Source: Synechococcus sp.
GTDB lineage: Bacteria; Cyanobacteriota; Cyanobacteriia; PCC-6307; Cyanobiaceae
NCBI GenBank assembly: GCA_047285805.1
Contig: JBJBCN010000003.1
Span: 256,001-320,000, forward strand
DNA: 64,000 nucleotides
Reading direction: 5' to 3'
Shown piece by piece: positions 60,003 to 64,000 of the stretch. Made by a program: the position numbers and the translations under genes. Position 1 is the first letter of the stretch. The number at the start of each line of letters is the position of its first letter. Below the pieces are notes generated by a model, which searched no databases, was not told the origin of the DNA, and saw only the letters and a program-made list of their open reading frames with translations.

Positions 60003-60938
60003 ATGACAGTAGCAATAATTGGGCCAAATAGCTATATAGCCCTTAGATTCAGAAATAGTTTTGAGGAGCTGGGACACAACTGTCTTCTAATAAGTCTTAG
60101 AAACAAGATAGAGTCAAGTTATTTTGATGGGGATCAGGTATTATTCGCCGAAGATTTGACAGAGACAAGGGTTCAGAGTTTGTGCATTTCCTGTGTTGTA
60201 ATATGTGCATCTCTGACAGCTAGTGAGTGTGAAGCATGCCCAGAGAAGGCAAAGCTTGTAAATACACAGCTAGTTTGCGAACATGTGGATCTGCTGGCGA
60301 AGGCTGGTGTCAAGAGGTTCCTATACCTGTCAACAATCAAGGTGTATGGTGAGGAGTTGTGCGGCAATATAACAGAGAAAACTGATATATGTCCTTCGAC
60401 AGTGTACGCGAGGACACACTATACGACTGAACAAAGGATTAGGGAGCTTGGAAAGGAGAAGAAGTTGGAAGTTTTGACACTGAGACTGTCAAATGTATTT
60501 GGATCACCGTTGTGGGCAAATTCATCAGCATGGACACTTGCAACAAACAGCTTTGCAAAGCAAATGGCTACGCAGGGGAAGATATGCGTAAAGAGTCCGA
60601 CAGTAATACGTAATATCCTACCAATGAGCAGGCTGACGGAGTTTATAAAGATGTGGGTATTAGGAGAGATGGATACACGGGGTATCAAGATCCTAAATAT
60701 TGGTAGCAGTTTTTCGCTACCTATGGGAGAGATTGCTGGGATTGTTCAGAGGGTATATGAAGGGATGTGTGAGATAGATCCTGGATACGTCTTTGATGAC
60801 GTTAGCGAATACAAGCTGCATTACTCAGTAGCAAAGATGCTTGGGTGCATGAAGAGCCAGGGAGATAGTGATGGCGAAGTAGTTCTAAACGAGTTGAAAG
60901 AGCTATGCGCAAGAAGCAAGAGCATATTTGGAAGATAG
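60003..60938 (+). CDS. Extended SDR, putative CDP-4-keto-sugar reductase/epimerase
   Basis: IIGPNSYIA, YLSTIKVYG, YARTH, LRLSNVFG. Confidence 0.75.
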   Translation: MTVAIIGPNSYIALRFRNSFEELGHNCLLISLRNKIESSYFDGDQVLFAEDLTETRVQSLCISCVVICASLTASECEACPEKAKLVNTQLVCEHVDLLAKAGVKRFLYLSTIKVYGEELCGNITEKTDICPSTVYARTHYTTEQRIRELGKEKKLEVLTLRLSNVFGSPLWANSSAWTLATNSFAKQMATQGKICVKSPTVIRNILPMSRLTEFIKMWVLGEMDTRGIKILNIGSSFSLPMGEIAGIVQRVYEGMCEIDPGYVFDDVSEYKLHYSVAKMLGCMKSQGDSDGEVVLNELKELCARSKSIFGR

Positions 60939-60939
60939 A

Positions 60940-61845
60940 ATGAAGAAAGTATCAGTAGTTATTCCCACATATAATCGGGCATATTGCTTGAGACGGACAA
61001 TCCAGTCCGTTGTTGATCAGACTTACCATAATTGGGAGTTGTTGGTTGTGGACAACACGTCTAGAGATAATACTAGAGACGTTGTGGAGAGATTTGAAGA
61101 TGACCGTATCAAGTTTCTGCAAGTTAAAAACAATGGTGTTATTGGAAAGTCCAGAAACTATGGTATTCAAGTTGCAAGTGGTGAACTGATTGCCTTCCTT
61201 GATTCAGACGACTCATGGCTGCCAGAAAAACTGGAAAGATCAGTAAGTGCCTTAGAAGGAGGTTGCAGATTTGTGCACCATGACTTATATATCTCCAATG
61301 GTATAGAGATGGAGAAGGCTCGTATAACTAATATCGCGCGAAGACTTACAAACCCGGTGGTAGAGGATTTAATAAGGGGAGGGAATGCGGTATGTACATC
61401 GAGCGTTGTTGTAGAAGCAGAATTGATCAGAGATGTGGATGGTTTTTCAGAAGATCCAGAACTGGTAGGTATCGAAGACTATGATTTATGGGTAAGGGTG
61501 GCGGAGAGGAGTGAAGGGTTTGCATTTGTTGAAGAACCACTTGGTTTCTATACTATAGATGGAAATGGTACGCTTAATGTAGAATTAGCCATGCGGGGGC
61601 TAAAGGGGGTGGCTAGAGTTCACTCGCACCTGCATAAAGCCATTTGTGATGGAACACCGGGATGGATTCTTATCCCTCTGGCAAAGAATTCATTAAGAAG
61701 GAATCCAATAGATTCAGTAAGATATGCACTTAGGGCTCTGAAAAGAGAAGAGGGTCTTAGCATTAGATTGAAGTCGCTGGTCTTGTTGATTGGAGGAATA
61801 TTTAGCCTGGTCGCCAGTTTTAGCTGGAATAAGCTTGTAAGGTGA
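60940..61845 (+). CDS. Glycosyltransferase family 2
   Basis: VSVVIPTYNR, FLDSDD, EDYDLW. Confidence 0.9.
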   Translation: MKKVSVVIPTYNRAYCLRRTIQSVVDQTYHNWELLVVDNTSRDNTRDVVERFEDDRIKFLQVKNNGVIGKSRNYGIQVASGELIAFLDSDDSWLPEKLERSVSALEGGCRFVHHDLYISNGIEMEKARITNIARRLTNPVVEDLIRGGNAVCTSSVVVEAELIRDVDGFSEDPELVGIEDYDLWVRVAERSEGFAFVEEPLGFYTIDGNGTLNVELAMRGLKGVARVHSHLHKAICDGTPGWILIPLAKNSLRRNPIDSVRYALRALKREEGLSIRLKSLVLLIGGIFSLVASFSWNKLVR

Positions 61846-61852
61846 AGTAGAT

Positions 61853-63070
61853 TTAGAGATGTCTGTTCAAGGTGCTTGTGATAACGTCATAATATTGGGA
61901 TGAAGACTTGTCGACCCCGAAACAGCTAGTGTATAAGTTCGATGCATTTGCCGAGTAGACCCTAAGGATATCGGGGTTGGAAGAGAGGTAACGTAGAGTT
62001 TGTGCTACACCAAGAGGATCACCTGGGTCTAAGACAACCCCACACTGATTCTCTGTAATGAGCTTGGCAATATCAGTGGTGTGGCGCGCAAGGAGTAAAA
62101 CAGGCTTGGCGCTTGAGATTATGCCATAGAACTTTGATGGTGCGACTGTGTCTTCACTGCCGGGAATTAGTCCAATAGCAGAAACATCGCATGCGCCTAG
62201 AGAATAAGGAAGACGTGATCTGTCCTGGTATGGGTGGAGCGTAACATTGGTAAGATGGTAGTGATTGATGTAGGCAGATATCTGACTTTTCTTAGAGCCA
62301 TCACCAACGAAGAGGAAGTGGAATCTTTCGTTGGCAAGAATACGGGCAGCTTCAAGCAGAGTGATGATTTCATGTAGCCGTCCAAAGTTTCCAGAGTACT
62401 GAACGGTAAATGTGTCAGTAACATTCCAGTCACAAGCTATGGGATTGAAGGATTTTGGAATGGGTAAAGCTTTTTCGACGGCCCAGTTATGGATAACAGT
62501 AACCTTATCGGGTGACAGATTGAACTCCTTGAGACAGCGGGCTTTCATCGCATGACTCAATACAATTGTTGTGTTGCTATGTTTGCACACTTGCTGAACT
62601 AGTAGAGACCAGACTTTGGACAGTGGACCTCGAGCGGGTAGAATTCCGGCAAGCTGTGCCGACCTGGGGAAAAGGTCTTGCAATACAAAGATATAGTCTT
62701 GTCGACTCAGCATCCTCATGACAAGACCTACTACGCCGATAAATGGGGGGTTAGATACAATTAACAAGACGTCCTGGGGTCTCCTGCGATTAATGAGGAC
62801 GAGGAGGCTCCAGACCAGAAAGATAACGCCGTCTAGTGATTTTATAAATACGTTAACCGCACCAGCCTTGGAACGCGGGCATCTAGAGATAGAAAGGATT
62901 GATGAATGTTCCTGTGTGCTAGGGGTTGATGTAAGGATATTTGTATGACATCCTTGACGCGCAAGCGCATAGGAGAGGTCTGTAATAAGTTGAGCCGTAG
63001 CACCAGTACTGGGCTGAAAGTACTGAGTGAGGATAGTAATACTTCTATTGGCCTGAGGATTCAAGTTCAT
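61853..63070 (-). CDS. Glycosyltransferase family 4 (WbuB/WcaI-like)
   Basis: The track lists it as +, but CAT at 63068-63070 and TTA at 61853 place MNLNPQ... on the minus strand; TQYFQP, QDLFP, YSGNFG, PSKFY. Confidence 0.88.
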   Translation of the reverse strand: MNLNPQANRSITILTQYFQPSTGATAQLITDLSYALARQGCHTNILTSTPSTQEHSSILSISRCPRSKAGAVNVFIKSLDGVIFLVWSLLVLINRRRPQDVLLIVSNPPFIGVVGLVMRMLSRQDYIFVLQDLFPRSAQLAGILPARGPLSKVWSLLVQQVCKHSNTTIVLSHAMKARCLKEFNLSPDKVTVIHNWAVEKALPIPKSFNPIACDWNVTDTFTVQYSGNFGRLHEIITLLEAARILANERFHFLFVGDGSKKSQISAYINHYHLTNVTLHPYQDRSRLPYSLGACDVSAIGLIPGSEDTVAPSKFYGIISSAKPVLLLARHTTDIAKLITENQCGVVLDPGDPLGVAQTLRYLSSNPDILRVYSANASNLYTSCFGVDKSSSQYYDVITSTLNRHL

Positions 63071-63894
63071 AACGGCAAAGAGAGTCGGAGTCTTCTCTGT
63101 TCAATAATTTTGATGACAGTCATGAGGTCGTAGAAGCTGATGAGAAGACAGTAGATGAAGCCTTGCCAACCCTCAAGGAATCCGCACTGAAGGATATATT
63201 TTTGGATAAAGCGAAGGAATGGCCGTAATGGCCAGAGATATGAAGCAAACATACGCAAATAGGGCTTTCTGGATGTGACAAGTGCCTTTTTAGACAAATA
63301 CTGCTCAATCTCTTCAGCGTCCCAAGAAGCATAGCGTTGGTGTCTTTCTAGCCAGTCATCGAGTCCTTTGCTAAAAGCGTAGTGTTCGTAAGGCTCTGAG
63401 ATTCTGGAAGTTACTGCAGATTCTGAGAATGACTCCCAGACGCCGCCTTGAAAGCGTACAGAGCTTCGCTGAAGAAGTCGAGGATGCCAGTTGGGGAAAC
63501 CTTGAGTTCTTCTTAACCATTTACCGAGAAACCAATACCTCGGAGTAAGCTCATAAGAATTATATTGAGAAGGTCTAGAGACTAGAAGTTTTATCTCATC
63601 CATGAGGATAGGACTTACTTCCTCATCTGCATCAATGAACAAGACCCACTTGCTCTGGAGTCCGCATCGATCTAGGGCCCAATTACGCTGATCCGTAATC
63701 TGAAATGGGCTTTCTTGTATGTGTACGAAAAACTTTGCGTCGAACTGCCTTGCGATGGATTCTGTAGAGTCAGTACTTCCGCTATCAAGGACTAAGAGCT
63801 CGTCGCACCATAGTAATGAGGTAAGTACGCGGGAAAGGTTCCGTTCTTCGTTGAGAGTTAAGACAACCCCAGCTACTGATGAGTCCTTAGACAT
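63067..63894 (-). CDS. Glycosyltransferase family 2 (beta-1,4-glucosyltransferase-like)
   Basis: LTLNEE, LDSGSTD, IDADE, GFLEGWQG; ATG 63894. Confidence 0.88.
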   Translation of the reverse strand: MSKDSSVAGVVLTLNEERNLSRVLTSLLWCDELLVLDSGSTDSTESIARQFDAKFFVHIQESPFQITDQRNWALDRCGLQSKWVLFIDADEEVSPILMDEIKLLVSRPSQYNSYELTPRYWFLGKWLRRTQGFPNWHPRLLQRSSVRFQGGVWESFSESAVTSRISEPYEHYAFSKGLDDWLERHQRYASWDAEEIEQYLSKKALVTSRKPYLRMFASYLWPLRPFLRFIQKYILQCGFLEGWQGFIYCLLISFYDLMTVIKIIEQRRLRLSLPL

Positions 63895-64000
63895 GAGATG
63901 CAACGCTTCGATAGAGGCCGTAGGCTTTTTGCGAGATTAGTTCCCGAGAAAACTGAGTCTTAACGAAAGACGCAGATAAATTGCCTGGTCGACAGCAAGA
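63887..64000 (-). CDS. 3' end of a probable GT4 glycosyltransferase (partial)
   Basis: Open frame ...FVKTQFSRELISQKAYGLYRSVASHV*, a GT-B C-terminal pattern; 8-bp overlap with next gene. Confidence 0.5.
   Translation of the reverse strand, partial: SCCRPGNLSASFVKTQFSRELISQKAYGLYRSVASHV

Larger units (their letters stand above)
51264..64000. other. AT-rich polysaccharide biosynthesis islet E (continues beyond window)
   Basis: GC drop after psbJ; priming transferase, glycosyltransferases, Wzy-like gene, CDP-sugar genes. Confidence 0.9.

Noticed and set aside
61853..63070. ORF track gives the 405-aa glycosyltransferase on the + strand
   Set aside because: The listed protein reads from CAT at 63068-63070 on the minus strand; the strand label is wrong
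3613..64000. Islets as prophage, ICE or integron cassettes
   Set aside because: No integrase, transposase, phage gene or repeated attC-like site found by eye
1..64000. HIP1 (GCGATCGC) enrichment, CRISPR array or rRNA
   Set aside because: Only scattered HIP1 copies noticed; no spaced repeats or rRNA-like sequence

Overview
Chromosomal window from a GC-rich picocyanobacterium (Synechococcus/Cyanobium-like, inferred from psbEFLJ-ycf48-rubA, ndhCKJ, chlD and gene order). The core backbone runs WecB/TagA GT, GH15, Gfo/Idh, CorC-like, tRNA(CAT), pyrE, ygfZ, TM0106 nuclease, PGM/PMM, rdgB, carotenoid oxygenase, hisB, fabI, two photolyase loci, DegT, nudF, folK, chlD, mlaD/ABC ATPase, yvcK, ndhJKC, rubA, ycf48, psbEFLJ. 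Five separate AT-rich islets interrupt it: A ~3.6-9.8 kb, B ~17.2-26.8 kb, C ~29.7-32.5 kb, D ~37.8-39.3 kb and E 51.3 kb to the window end. Every islet gene I can recognise has a cell-surface glycan function, and I see no integrase, transposase or att site. The core genes bordering the islets stay intact but have AT-shifted ends, which suggests allelic replacement by homologous recombination. The most unusual module is islet B: a 3-dehydroquinate-synthase-like cyclase, a KdsB-like CMP-transferase, an SDR, an epimerase and an HP-motif orphan protein. This is a candidate pathway for an unusual CMP-activated acidic sugar or cyclitol. Islet A resembles a lipid-linked three-component amino-sugar decoration system. 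Also present are a frameshifted SIMPL pseudogene, a split short photolyase, a tRNA embedded in a protein operon and opposite strand skews between islets. No CRISPR, rRNA or prophage was seen. All family assignments come from motif recognition by eye; no database search was run.
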